64,000 bases of DNA from Nostoc sp. DedSLP01 (GCA_034530875.2 JAVRCJ020000011.1:1-64000), one strand, 5' to 3'. Counted from the first letter of the stretch, positions 1 through 9,790 are shown. Numbers and translations are program-made. Notes: a model not told the origin generated them from the sequence alone.

Positions 1-161
1 GAGTGATTAGCGATGGCCTGTTTTTTTTAGCTTTTCTCAATACATTATTTGTCTAATTTGTCAATGCGTAAGTCCTACAATTCTTTAAAATCAGGCAACA
101 AAAATTAGCCTCAAAACCTAATTCATATACGACGCATCTTATTCAAACAATTCAACATAAA

Positions 162-365
162 ATGCTTGGAAAACAACTTCTAATCTAATTTACTCCGACA
201 ACATTTGTTCAAGAAGATCTTCTAAGAATTCTCACTCCGAAGGATACAAAGAAACTGGATCTGCAAGAAATTTTTGGATAGTCATTAGGAAAAATTTGGC
301 GACGTATTGGTATTCCCTGTGATTCTAATCTCTATGATTTAACCAGTATCTTGATTCTTCATTAG
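162..365 (+). pseudogene. Possible decayed gene fragment
   Basis: Protein-like frame MLGKQLLI*FTPTTFVQEDLLRILTPKDTKKLDLQEIFG*SLGKIWRRIGIPCDSNLYDLTSILILH* with two internal stops; family not recognised. Confidence 0.3.
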
Positions 366-470
366 GACAAGGCAGGCGGACGAAAGTCTGTGTAGTAGCG
401 AATTATATTCGCCCAAAACTTTTCAAACAACCTCTTACAGTGGTAACAATACGCAGGTCAGCAAACAAAG

Positions 471-1961
471 TCAAATTGACAATGGAAAGGCAGATGCTAA
501 TACCCAACCAAAAAATAAAGTACTACCAAGAGCATAACCCCAAGGATTATTCAGCAACCCAGAACAAAATGAGAAAATCACCATAAATACAGGAAATAGT
601 GGCAGTAAGAGGTAAATAAAGCTTAGTTGTGGCAGATAAGAAACCACTAGAATAAAACCACCCACTAAGACTGTGCTTTGTCCGAGCCACCACAAAAATC
701 GCTGACCAAAATTCAGATTTTGCTGTGCCACTCCAGAAGCTAAAAACCAAGGAAAACAAGCTACTGCCAGAATAGGAAAAACTTGCAAACGTGATGGAAT
801 TAACCACCACTGCAACCATACGATCTGCGCCATTGCCCCAAAACCAATCCACAAGATGATAAACAAAGCTATGGCAATTACCAAAGCTCTAGGTGATGGC
901 ATCTGTAGCCGTCTCATAGCAATCAGCCAACTTAAACCTGCGACTCCAAACCAAATACTAATTGCTCCGCCTACTAATACTCCACCCAAACTGTCGAGGG
1001 AGCCTAATCGATTGATTAATATCAGTGTACCAGTGGCGACAAAAGGTGCTATTAATAAACCCATCCAGCTTTTTAACTGTCCTGTTTTGTGAATGCTAGA
1101 AGAAGTAGCCAAAACGGGTGCGATAACTTCTCTACCAGACGCTACGCGAACGTTAAGCAACGCTAACGCTGCAAGCATTGTTAGCCATCCTAACAAGTGT
1201 AAAAAATACCACAGCATTCGGTAATCAACATAGTTACTCTGGCTGTTTATCCCAAATGCACTATTCAGCCAATCTTTAGCAGCCTGATGACTCGAATGGC
1301 GAAACAAAATTGTAATATGTTCGGCATTGGGGATAATAAGGAGCTTTCTTGCTTTACCCTGAGTAAAATTGTGATTTTCTCCACCACCAGACACGAGTAA
1401 ACGCTCTGCATTGGCAACAAATCTATTTTCCCAACTCCCTGCTTGTAATAAAAGGTTCCGGGGTACGTTTGGTGTAATTGAAGCGCCTGTAGGTGAAACT
1501 GCTACAGTTGCAGCATAGCGATCTACTTGATTGATGGCAGCAGACATGACAGCTGCACTACCCATTGAGTGTCCTAATGTAGCCAAACGCGATTTATCTA
1601 CCTCTGGTTGCTCTAGTAGTACTGTATAGGCAACATTTAAATTCTCTCTTAGTGAATTGTTTTTTAGTGGCTTGGCGTTAGCACCATGACTATCAAAATC
1701 CCAGAGCATAACAGCATAACCCGCATGAGCCAAAGTGTAGGCATAACCAAGCATTAATTGTTTCGAGCCTGCATAACCATGCGCGATTAAAACACCAGGA
1801 ACATTTTGAACCTTCTGCGGTGCTACATATAACAAAGGCACTCCCAGACGTTCCATTTGACGGCTCACAAGAGAAGTTTGCGCTCTTAGCACACCCCACC
1901 ATGAAAGAGCAATTAACACTACTCCTACAATTGCTAATACTAAACTGTGGCTTTTTTTCAT
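471..1961 (-). CDS. Alpha/beta hydrolase with N-terminal anchor and multi-pass membrane C-terminal domain
   Basis: HGY oxyanion motif, GHSMG nucleophile elbow, AEHITI His motif; hydrophobic C-terminal half; carries a 42-nt in-frame repeat insertion at 1125-1166. Confidence 0.88.
   Translation of the reverse strand: MKKSHSLVLAIVGVVLIALSWWGVLRAQTSLVSRQMERLGVPLLYVAPQKVQNVPGVLIAHGYAGSKQLMLGYAYTLAHAGYAVMLWDFDSHGANAKPLKNNSLRENLNVAYTVLLEQPEVDKSRLATLGHSMGSAAVMSAAINQVDRYAATVAVSPTGASITPNVPRNLLLQAGSWENRFVANAERLLVSGGGENHNFTQGKARKLLIIPNAEHITILFRHSSHQAAKDWLNSAFGINSQSNYVDYRMLWYFLHLLGWLTMLAALALLNVRVASGREVIAPVLATSSSIHKTGQLKSWMGLLIAPFVATGTLILINRLGSLDSLGGVLVGGAISIWFGVAGLSWLIAMRRLQMPSPRALVIAIALFIILWIGFGAMAQIVWLQWWLIPSRLQVFPILAVACFPWFLASGVAQQNLNFGQRFLWWLGQSTVLVGGFILVVSYLPQLSFIYLLLPLFPVFMVIFSFCSGLLNNPWGYALGSTLFFGWVLASAFPLSI
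1125..1166 (-). mobile_element. Two nested 21-nt small dispersed repeat (SDR-like) elements inside a split HIP1 site
   Basis: GCGAT(1120-1124)+42 nt+CGC(1167-1169); removing inner 21-mer 1129-1149 leaves a 21-mer matching the 26463 insert at 16/21. Confidence 0.75.
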
Positions 1962-1970
1962 AAAGAATAT

Positions 1971-2166
1971 GTAAGAATTCAGTACTCAGGAGGAGGCAGT
2001 GCTCGACTAGGGTTTCCCAGCATAAAGGAGACAGTTGCGTGGGCGGGGAATGCCCGACTTGAGCAAACTTTCGTCAACTGCCGTTCAGAAGTCAGAATTT
2101 ATAAGGATTTTAGTAGAATTAGGATATTTATTTATCAAAGCTTGGCACGATTCTTTAATTATTCTG
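1971..2166. repeat. Dispersed composite repeat, inverted copy at about 47044-47203
   Basis: Reverse complement AAATTCTGACTTCTGAACGGCAGTTGACG...ACTGCCTCCTCCTG..CTGAATTCTTAC matches 47111-47203. Confidence 0.75.
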
Positions 2167-2314
2167 ATACCAATTCACTAAAATTTTGATATGGATGCAA
2201 ACCTTGAAGGCTTTGCAAATCCTAGTTTTTTAATTGCGTCAGCGACGTACTCCTACGGAGAACCAAGCTACGCGTAGCGTCTCGCACAGAAGGAGCGTCA
2301 TTGCAAATTGGTAT
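2167..2314. mobile_element. MITE-like element containing nested 21-nt SDR-like units
   Basis: Ends ATACCAATT / AATTGGTAT; contains TACTCCTACGGAGAACCAAGC and ACGCGTAGCGTCTCGCACAGA, the latter resembling the 1129-1149 unit. Confidence 0.5.
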
Positions 2315-2315
2315 G

Positions 2316-2420
2316 ATACCATTTCACTCAATTCTTGATACAAATCATTTTTCTTTCTTCCTCTGCTTCCTCTGCTCCCCCTGCTTGCCTAAATGTATCA
2401 ACCTGAAAGTGAAACGGTAT
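2316..2420. mobile_element. MITE
   Basis: Imperfect 27-bp TIRs ATACCATTTCACTCAATTCTTGATACA vs (rc) ATACCGTTTCACTTTCAGGTTGATACA around a CCTCTGCTT low-complexity core. Confidence 0.7.
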
Positions 2421-2496
2421 GACGCCTTGGCGGAGCTTCTTTGGCTGTGCTCGTGAATTCAGAAGGGCTGAATCCTTACATTGATATGCTCCCCTT

Positions 2497-3027
2497 TCAA
2501 TCTCTGACATTTTGCTCTAGATACTGGCGCACTCCCGCACTCATTGCTAGTAGATTAGGTTGTATAGTTTTACCCAAAAAATCTTCAACAACATGAGCAA
2601 TTGTATTTGCAAGAAAGAATGGTACTCCTTTGATTTGTTTTGGATCGATGGTCAGTTCACCGCGGCTTTCAATTACTGTACTATTGCCGTCTGACAGAAA
2701 GCGATTCTTGCCATAACACTTGACTGCTTCCGTAAAAGCGTGAGTTTCAATACGCCATTCAACTGTAAACAGATCCTGATTCCAGGTATTGTATTCTGTC
2801 CACGAGAGCATATCTTCACTGAGTAGAACTCTTGCTGCTGCTGGAATTTCACTACCACCATGCCAGTCATTGATAGTATAAACATTGCTGCTTACTTCAG
2901 TGCGCGATCTAACTTCGATATAGCGCACGTTTGGTATATAGGGAACTAGCTCTAAGAGTTTGTCTCGATAGCTAGCATAAACCAGGGAGCGTGGAAAATA
3001 AATTTTGGTATCAGCACAGATGAGCAT
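2497..3027 (-). CDS. Hypothetical protein, START/SRPBCC-like helix-grip fold
   Basis: 176 aa; strand-helix start, beta-rich middle and long C-terminal helix pattern typical of SRPBCC proteins. Confidence 0.65.
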   Translation of the reverse strand: MLICADTKIYFPRSLVYASYRDKLLELVPYIPNVRYIEVRSRTEVSSNVYTINDWHGGSEIPAAARVLLSEDMLSWTEYNTWNQDLFTVEWRIETHAFTEAVKCYGKNRFLSDGNSTVIESRGELTIDPKQIKGVPFFLANTIAHVVEDFLGKTIQPNLLAMSAGVRQYLEQNVRD

Positions 3028-3120
3028 TAATTAATACCATATCAAAATAGAGACACAATGAGGAATGACCAAGAGTTTAGCGATGGCGTAAGCGCCCACC
3101 GGAGGCGATCGCAATATACT

Positions 3121-3225
3121 TAACCTGAGTTCGGGATAAGCTCAAACCCTGATTCTATCGTTGGCTAAAAACTCTATTATCTCGTAGAATGAACAGCAAA
3201 ATAGTCTTAACCCGAACTGACGTTA
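3121..3225. mobile_element. MITE
   Basis: TIRs TAACCTGAGTTCGGGATAAG vs (rc) TAACGTCAGTTCGGGTTAAG. Confidence 0.75.
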
Positions 3226-3804
3226 AGTAAGAACCTCGCTTATTGAGGTATACATACTGTAAAGGTCAAGCCCGTAAAAGCCTACTGGCGTGGCAAGCTT
3301 AAAATGGTGCATTAATAAAAAAGTGGAAAACATTGATTTATCTCAATTTAATCCAAAATCTATTGCAATATTTAAGGCTTGCCACGCCACTACTTTGTTT
3401 CCATTGTGCGGTAATGCATCATTATACTGACGTAGCCAACCGATGAAGTTCGCCACATCAGTGTTGCGCCACATCCAACTTGGAAAATTCTCAAAGCCTG
3501 CGATCGCTTCAGCAAGAGTAGGGATGTCATTAATTCCCCGTACATAACGATTAACATGGTAGGCATCCGGCCAGTCTGCCTCTACTGCTATAGCCGTAAA
3601 GCCTTTTTCTTGAATCAGCCGCTTGGTAATAATAGCTCGTTGTTCATAAAATTCATGGGTGCCGTGAGACGCTTCGCCAATCAGCACAAAGCGGGCATTA
3701 CCAATTAAATCCATGAGTGGGTCGTAGTCTTGGGGGCCACCTGTCAATGGATGGGCTGCTTGATGTAATGCATCGGTTAACTCGGTTGTTGTTGCATCTG
3801 ACAT
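3226..3804 (-). pseudogene. Erythromycin esterase family gene, interrupted and truncated
   Basis: LIGEASHGTHEFY, AVEADWPDA, FPSWMWRN motifs; continuation VGFYGLDLYSMYTSISEVLT resumes at 3285-3226 beyond a MITE; remainder absent. Confidence 0.9.
3286..3389. mobile_element. 104-bp MITE with 4-bp target duplication
   Basis: TIRs TGGCGTGGCAAGC(T/C)T(A/T)AA; CTAC duplicated at 3282-3285 and 3390-3393. Confidence 0.9.
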
Positions 3805-3912
3805 GATAATTAATTATCAAAAATTTGTAAGTCTAATAACCCGCGACTTGAGTTATAAAAACACTCGTTAAAAACTCTTGAGTAACAGGCGCATAGCTCC
3901 GTATTAGGTACT

Positions 3913-4053
3913 TTAGGCAAGGGATGAGAACGGTTCCTTGGTATTTACGCCCTGCTGCGGATTCCAGCCAAAAATCCAAGCGTTGCGATCGGCATCATTG
4001 TAACCTGGGGCGACAGTAGGAACTCGATCGGTGCTAATTGCTGTAGTTTTCAT
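3913..4053 (-). pseudogene. hli: High-light-inducible protein (HLIP) N-terminal remnant
   Basis: MKTTAISTDRVPTVAPGYNDADRNAWIFGWNPQQ resembles Nostocales HLIP N-termini; the ExxNGRxAM helix is missing; not in ORF track. Confidence 0.65.
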
Positions 4054-4710
4054 AATTGTTAGTCCTTAATAATCTTGTTTTGCTCTCATGCTATCCTTAT
4101 AAGTCTGCGATGCTGGTCTGCCATTAGAAGCGTCTTGTATCTATATCTCAGGATTAGATTGGTGTAACACTCAATTATTAAGCTTGATACAAGAAAAAGT
4201 ATTCTTAAGCTAATCGGCACTTAAGTTGCGTAATCAGAAAATGAAGCCGTTTAAAAGCAACAATGCCGCCCCCAGCCAAGAACTTTTTAACACAACACAG
4301 TTTTGCCCCAAAGAGTTGAACAGTCTGGCGCGAGGAGTTTTCGGACAAGTCTAATTTAACTTAAAACTGTCTGAGTCATTTTTGGTTACATACTTGTGAA
4401 TTTTCCTGCCCACTTACTTAATCCCACTTTCAAGAAACAGAAATGTTTGTTTACATTCGGTGGGAAGTAGAGTCCAAGCGGCTTGCCGTCAGACGATTAA
4501 TGACTAATAACTAATGGCTCGTCTACCCTAGTTTTCCCCTATTGTTTTTTAATCTAAAAACATCGACTTATGGAAATCACTTATAAATTAAACCTTAAGT
4601 AGGGTGGTGACGGCTTTAGCCTAACGCACCCTACAAAAATTATAAAAAGGTATGGGCAAAACTCATTACTTTTAACGTTAACAGTCAACAATCAATAATT
4701 CATCTATCCT

Positions 4711-5181
4711 ATGAATGGAGATACAAAGTTCTTTCTTATATTTGGTTCAATATTCGGTGGTGTTGGCAGCATAATTGCTGTCACGGGCATCATTATTGGA
4801 ATAAATACTCGTTCTTTTGTGTCTGCGGCAATTCCAGCACAAGGAACAGTTATAGAATTGCAGCAACGTCTTTCATCACCTGATAGCAAAGGGTATCGGT
4901 CTTATGTCTACTATCCAGTCGTGCAATTTACTACACGTTCTGGCGAATCAACGGTTTTTGAATCAAATTCAGCTAGCAGTCCACCACAATTTACTAAAGG
5001 TCAGCAGGTAGAAGTTCTATACAATCCTGATAACCCAGGTTCTGCACAGATCGATTCTTGGCTAAGTTTATGGTTTTTACCTCTAATGTTGGGCAGCTTA
5101 GGATCGAGTTTCGCTTTGGTTGGAGGAATTGTAATATTTAAGTCGCTTCTAGGTTTAATGAGTTTTAAGAACATGGTTTAA
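4711..5181 (+). CDS. DUF3592 domain membrane protein
   Basis: TM-(AQGTV..YYPVVQF..GQQVEVLYNPDNP)-TM architecture. Confidence 0.85.
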   Translation: MNGDTKFFLIFGSIFGGVGSIIAVTGIIIGINTRSFVSAAIPAQGTVIELQQRLSSPDSKGYRSYVYYPVVQFTTRSGESTVFESNSASSPPQFTKGQQVEVLYNPDNPGSAQIDSWLSLWFLPLMLGSLGSSFALVGGIVIFKSLLGLMSFKNMV

Positions 5182-5197
5182 AAGAGAATTCAGAATA

Positions 5198-5365
5198 TAC
5201 AGCAGTTTTGATTTGCATGAGGTACAGAGTTAATGGTTTTGAGGCAGGATAGAGCAGCGATTCGCCGTGTCCGCGAGCGTCGGCAGAAGGAAGAAGTTAG
5301 AAAGAAACTCTTTATGTTTGATGAATCACTCCTGGTTGTACCTCACTTACTTGCAATCTGCTGTA
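5198..5365. mobile_element. MITE
   Basis: 29-bp imperfect TIRs TACAGCAG..TGAGGTACA at both ends. Confidence 0.7.
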
Positions 5366-5571
5366 AAAAACCTCTTGTTGGTTTTACTACGCAAAACGTC
5401 CCTCTTTGATATTAAAGAGGGACAGATTTGAACGGGAGCAATGCGATTTTGTTAGATAAGCGCGATCGCTAATCACCTTTTTCAGTACAGCTTGTTGCCC
5501 CTTGAAGAAGTTTTCCGTATATTTAGGCAGGAATTCGTTGTAATGCTTGATATATTAAGATTTAGAAAAAG

Positions 5572-5596
5572 ATTATACGGAAACTTTCCGTATAAT
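5572..5596 (+). promoter_or_regulatory. Perfect palindromic operator-like site overlapping a TATAAT -10 box
   Basis: ATTATACGGAAA-C-TTTCCGTATAAT; extra half-site TTTCCGTATA at 5512-5521. Confidence 0.55.
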
Positions 5597-5694
5597 AAAT
5601 AGTTAGCCATCTTCCGCCACAAAGAGTTGTTGGTAGCGAAAGGTTCTTAGTCAGTGGCACAAGTTGGGTATGCAGAAGTTGAACAAGGAAGTAG

Positions 5695-6114
5695 ATGAAT
5701 AACTCTAGCATTCAGGGTAGTTGCCTTTGTGGAACGGTGAAATTTGAAGTGAACCCGCCGTTCCAAAAAATGGTTCATTGCCACTGCTCGCGGTGTCGCA
5801 AAGGCACAGGCACAGGCCATGCCACAAATCTAACCGTTGAACCGAGCCAGTTCCGATGGCTTTCCGGAGAGGAAGTTGTCACACGTTATGACCTTCCCAC
5901 GGCAAAGAGCTTCGGCAAATGGTTTTGCAGGCATTGTGGATGCCCGGTTCCACGGCTAACGCGCAACGGCAAGATCGTGGTTATTCCAGCCGGCTCCTTG
6001 GATACAGCACCACCTATCACTCCTACGGATCGCATCTTCTGGGCATCCAGAGCAGCGTGGAGTTGTGCTAGCGGAGGACTTCCAACTCATAGCGAGTATC
6101 CAGAGTCATGGTAG
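5695..6114 (+). CDS. GFA/CENP-V family zinc protein
   Basis: GSCLCG, CHCSRCRK, FCRHCG zinc motifs. Confidence 0.92.
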   Translation: MNNSSIQGSCLCGTVKFEVNPPFQKMVHCHCSRCRKGTGTGHATNLTVEPSQFRWLSGEEVVTRYDLPTAKSFGKWFCRHCGCPVPRLTRNGKIVVIPAGSLDTAPPITPTDRIFWASRAAWSCASGGLPTHSEYPESW

Positions 6115-6492
6115 ATCGAGAATCTGCCTAACAAAGTGTTCTAGCCTATGTGTGTAGCGAGTAAAAATCACCTATTGATATTTAGGAGAGCAAATATTTT
6201 TAAGTTGATGACATACTCAAACAACTTTGCAGTTTATTAATCTGCCAGGTATTTCGGCAAGTTGCTCTACATCCTGAGCTATTTGTTACCTTTTTCTTTC
6301 CTCAGTCTAATAAAGCACTAAATAGCTAAGTAGATATTAGCAAATTAAATGCTTGATATTAACTACCTATTGGCAGATATTGGCGTCAGTATATTTGCTT
6401 GCATACCTGTCTTAATAATACACCTGATGATAGTGTCAAATTTACTTTTTAAAAGTGTAAATAAAAGCAAGTACTTCAGGAGATAACTAAGT

Positions 6493-6948
6493 ATGGCAAG
6501 CTTATCTAATCCCACAGTGTCAATCGATCTGTTTACTAATTCAGAGGCTAGTGTTAGTGTAACGGTCGATGTCAGACTCACTTCGTTTGAGACTTTTCTT
6601 ATTGAAAATGAAGTTGGTTTCCAACTCAGAGCTAAGTTAGTTAGAAATGATGGCGTTTTAAACGCAAAAGATAATGACTTGTTCTTGTTTCCAACTCAAA
6701 ACATCACTAGTGCAGGGACTTATACCTTTCAATCAACAGTTAGCTATAGCGTGCTAAATAAGGATAGTAGTTTATTTAACAAAGGTAATGAGATATTTGC
6801 CAATCTTAGCCTCACAAGCACAGAAAAGATGTTTCCATTAAATGTATCGGTTAACAGTCCTACCATTAAGGGTAGAATCGTTTCATTCTCTAAATCGCCT
6901 GATAAATTAAAAATGCGCGGTTATTTTAGTGCTGTAATTAACAAATAG
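6493..6948 (+). CDS. Hypothetical beta-rich protein
   Basis: 151-aa ATG-started ORF rich in Ser/Thr/Asn/Val; no motif recognised. Confidence 0.6.
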   Translation: MASLSNPTVSIDLFTNSEASVSVTVDVRLTSFETFLIENEVGFQLRAKLVRNDGVLNAKDNDLFLFPTQNITSAGTYTFQSTVSYSVLNKDSSLFNKGNEIFANLSLTSTEKMFPLNVSVNSPTIKGRIVSFSKSPDKLKMRGYFSAVINK

Positions 6949-7344
6949 TGTAGAGCAAGTAGTAGCTAACCCAGCTAATAATTCCAAGGCATATCTTGAA
7001 GAGCCGCTAGACCAAAAGCAAATGAACGCATTAGGAAAAACCGCAACTATTGCAGGAGCGATCGCATAATGAAGCGATCGCTTGACTGTTTCTATCTGAT
7101 ATCCAAGCTCTTTTACTATCATGAGCAGAGGAGAGGGTTTTGCATTTTCTGCACAGATGTATCGAATCACAAGTAATTAGCCGGACATGATATTACTTAC
7201 GATCAATGCATATTTGCAAAAACCCTAAAAGCCTCTTTGGCCCTGCCTCCTACCTTCGGTAAGAAAAACCTGCTCTTGAAAGGGTGGGGAGATGGGGAGA
7301 ATAATTTTGAAATCCTCGGTCAACTCCCCAACAAAAACGCTTGG

Positions 7345-8313
7345 TTAGCTAACAATTACCCAATACATCCCATCTGGTGCAATTAATCCAAAAGCAGGTT
7401 CGCCAAATTCATTAGGGACAATGGGTGTAACGTTAGTAGCGTTGCTGGCGATGACGCGTTGATGAAAAGCTGCAATATCATCAACTTGATAAGTAAAAAG
7501 GCTTATGCCTAACGAGCCTGGTTGAGCGTATTCGCGGCGATCGCTAGTAGGATAAAGTGGGCTATAAACTTGAAAAACTCCGACATTAGTCTTGGGTGAA
7601 GCAAAAACCGAAAGATAAAATTCTTGCCCTTCCTCAAGCATCATAATCTGGCGAGTAGAGGGATTTTTATAGCCGGAGAGTTTGGGATTATTCTCTGATG
7701 GCACAAGTCCAAAAACGTCTGTGTAAAAAGAGACGAGGCTATGGTCAGAAGTGATGAAACTAGAGTGAGTACCCTCACTTACTAATAGCCCACAATTGCG
7801 ATTAATAGTACCGTAACCAGGGCGATCGTAGTTATATCGCTGGAAAAATGCTTGTCGTGTCTCTTTGCCAATCACAAACATTTCTCGCACACCGACAAAG
7901 CGGTTATATAATCCCGTTCCTACATTACCGACATACTCGATACCGCGTACTGGTTCGGTATAAATCCAGTCTCCACCGTTGGCTTTGTCGTCAGCAAAAG
8001 CATCTGCTATGGCATAAATATCTTGAGTCAGAGAAGCAAACCAGCGACTACCCTCTACGACTGGCAAGGTATCGCCTAAGCCTTCATTGCGGGGTTGTTT
8101 CCACCACATTACCCGCACTAGTCCATGTTCTGATGAGTTGCCATTTTGCAGTCGCAGTGATACTAAATCTGATTTATGACCGTAGAGTAATTCTGCTTGT
8201 TCTGCGGAAAATTCTCCTTTCTTGACCTCTTGATAGCCGAACTCATTCCAATATTTCAGAGTAGTTTCGATATTATTTGAGCCGACACAATTTTCAAAAA
8301 TACCGCTAATCAT
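7345..8313 (-). CDS. VOC/glyoxalase-superfamily protein (tandem domains)
   Basis: C-terminal YQVDDIAAFHQRV..NEFGEPAFGLIAPDG signature; N-terminal VGSNNIETTLKYWNEFG repeat. Confidence 0.75.
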   Translation of the reverse strand: MISGIFENCVGSNNIETTLKYWNEFGYQEVKKGEFSAEQAELLYGHKSDLVSLRLQNGNSSEHGLVRVMWWKQPRNEGLGDTLPVVEGSRWFASLTQDIYAIADAFADDKANGGDWIYTEPVRGIEYVGNVGTGLYNRFVGVREMFVIGKETRQAFFQRYNYDRPGYGTINRNCGLLVSEGTHSSFITSDHSLVSFYTDVFGLVPSENNPKLSGYKNPSTRQIMMLEEGQEFYLSVFASPKTNVGVFQVYSPLYPTSDRREYAQPGSLGISLFTYQVDDIAAFHQRVIASNATNVTPIVPNEFGEPAFGLIAPDGMYWVIVS

Positions 8314-8575
8314 TGGGATTTACCTGATAAAGTAAGGGACTGGGGACTAGGGATTAGGGACTGGGAAGCTTGTTTATAATCCAATAAATATGATTGGGAT
8401 AAGTACTTTTCATATCCTTTGTAGTTTAAGAAAAGAGTAAGGGGTAAAGGTTTGAATTCACCCTTTCCCATTTTCTCTTTAACTGAACCATATTCTTTTA
8501 TAATCTTGGGAACACTTCCTCATCTCCTTACTCTCTAATTCCCAATCCCCAATCCCCAGTCCCCAGTCCCCTTAA

Positions 8576-9790
8576 TTAATCCATCACAGCTAACACAGCT
8601 TTTGGTAATAATTTATCTTTAAACCAAACAATTCTTGCAGGAACATCATTTAATTTTACTCCTGCTTTTTCTAAATTCAGCCGTTCAGAAATTGCCAAAA
8701 TTAAATCATCACGTCCAGCACGCCGTACTTGAGAAAACTTTTTTTGTAAATATTCTGGTCGCCAATAACCAACAATTTCTAATAAAAAACTACGTCCATC
8801 AGGATGGACTAAACGAAAATCAGGAATCATCACGCTACCAGGAATTGGGATTAAATCGACTTCTCGCTCTAATGCCCAGCCGCTTTTTAAAGCATCCCAT
8901 TTATCAGCAAAGGATGCTTCTAGCATACTATCGTAGGGCTTTCCTGGTGGATAATGAGATACTAAACCACATTCGGAATTGAGAGTAAAACGTCCAGTTT
9001 TCCATGTATTTGTATAAGCGTCACGACTCTGGAGAATTGAGGAAAGACTCCATTTTGTAACGTGAAGTAAAGCGGGGATGAGTTTAGCGATCGCCAATCC
9101 ATATCGCGTACTAGGATTAAACAAACTTGTCGGACCGTCTATGGTAATTGTAAACCCGTGGTCAGCATCACCTTCAATATAAGCCATCAATTGAAATAAC
9201 TTTAAATAACGAAATAACAGCTTATATTCTCCCGGAACATTGCGATGAGCATTTAACACTAACTGACTGGCTTTATAAAAAACACCCTGCACCTGAGATA
9301 AGTTATAACGATTTAACAAATCTGAAGGAACTGGCGCATCAAAAACAGTCAAAATTTTATTTTCAGCTAAATCAGCATACAATCCATTACGAACTTGTTC
9401 GGCTAAAACTTCCCGTTCGAGTTCTTGAGTTAATTCATCAGCAATTTTTCCCAGAGTAATTTGTGTTGATTCCCGGCTAGAAACTGATTTTGCAGCCAGG
9501 GAAAACACCCGTTCTCTTAACATTTGTGGTTCCAAAGGACTAACCACTTCAAAAGTACAAAAACTGCTTTTGAGAATATAAGCTAATCCCCGCTTCACGC
9601 GATAATCTGTCGAATCTCCTTCAAAATCAGTTAGTTGTCGCTCAAGCATACCCTGAGTTTTTCCTACTGCTGATTGAAAATAATTAATTAACTCAGTCGC
9701 TAATTCCGAAGTTTTATTGTCAATCTTCAGTCTCTTCGGAATTATCTCCTCTCCGTTTTGGCGATGCATCAATAACTCTGTCGGTAACAT
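8576..9790 (-). CDS. DUF790 family endonuclease (Bax1-like)
   Basis: MLPTELL start, IDGPTSLF..TRYG, YDSMLEASF, IPDF..LEIVGYW restriction-endonuclease-like motif. Confidence 0.85.
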   Translation of the reverse strand: MLPTELLMHRQNGEEIIPKRLKIDNKTSELATELINYFQSAVGKTQGMLERQLTDFEGDSTDYRVKRGLAYILKSSFCTFEVVSPLEPQMLRERVFSLAAKSVSSRESTQITLGKIADELTQELEREVLAEQVRNGLYADLAENKILTVFDAPVPSDLLNRYNLSQVQGVFYKASQLVLNAHRNVPGEYKLLFRYLKLFQLMAYIEGDADHGFTITIDGPTSLFNPSTRYGLAIAKLIPALLHVTKWSLSSILQSRDAYTNTWKTGRFTLNSECGLVSHYPPGKPYDSMLEASFADKWDALKSGWALEREVDLIPIPGSVMIPDFRLVHPDGRSFLLEIVGYWRPEYLQKKFSQVRRAGRDDLILAISERLNLEKAGVKLNDVPARIVWFKDKLLPKAVLAVMD

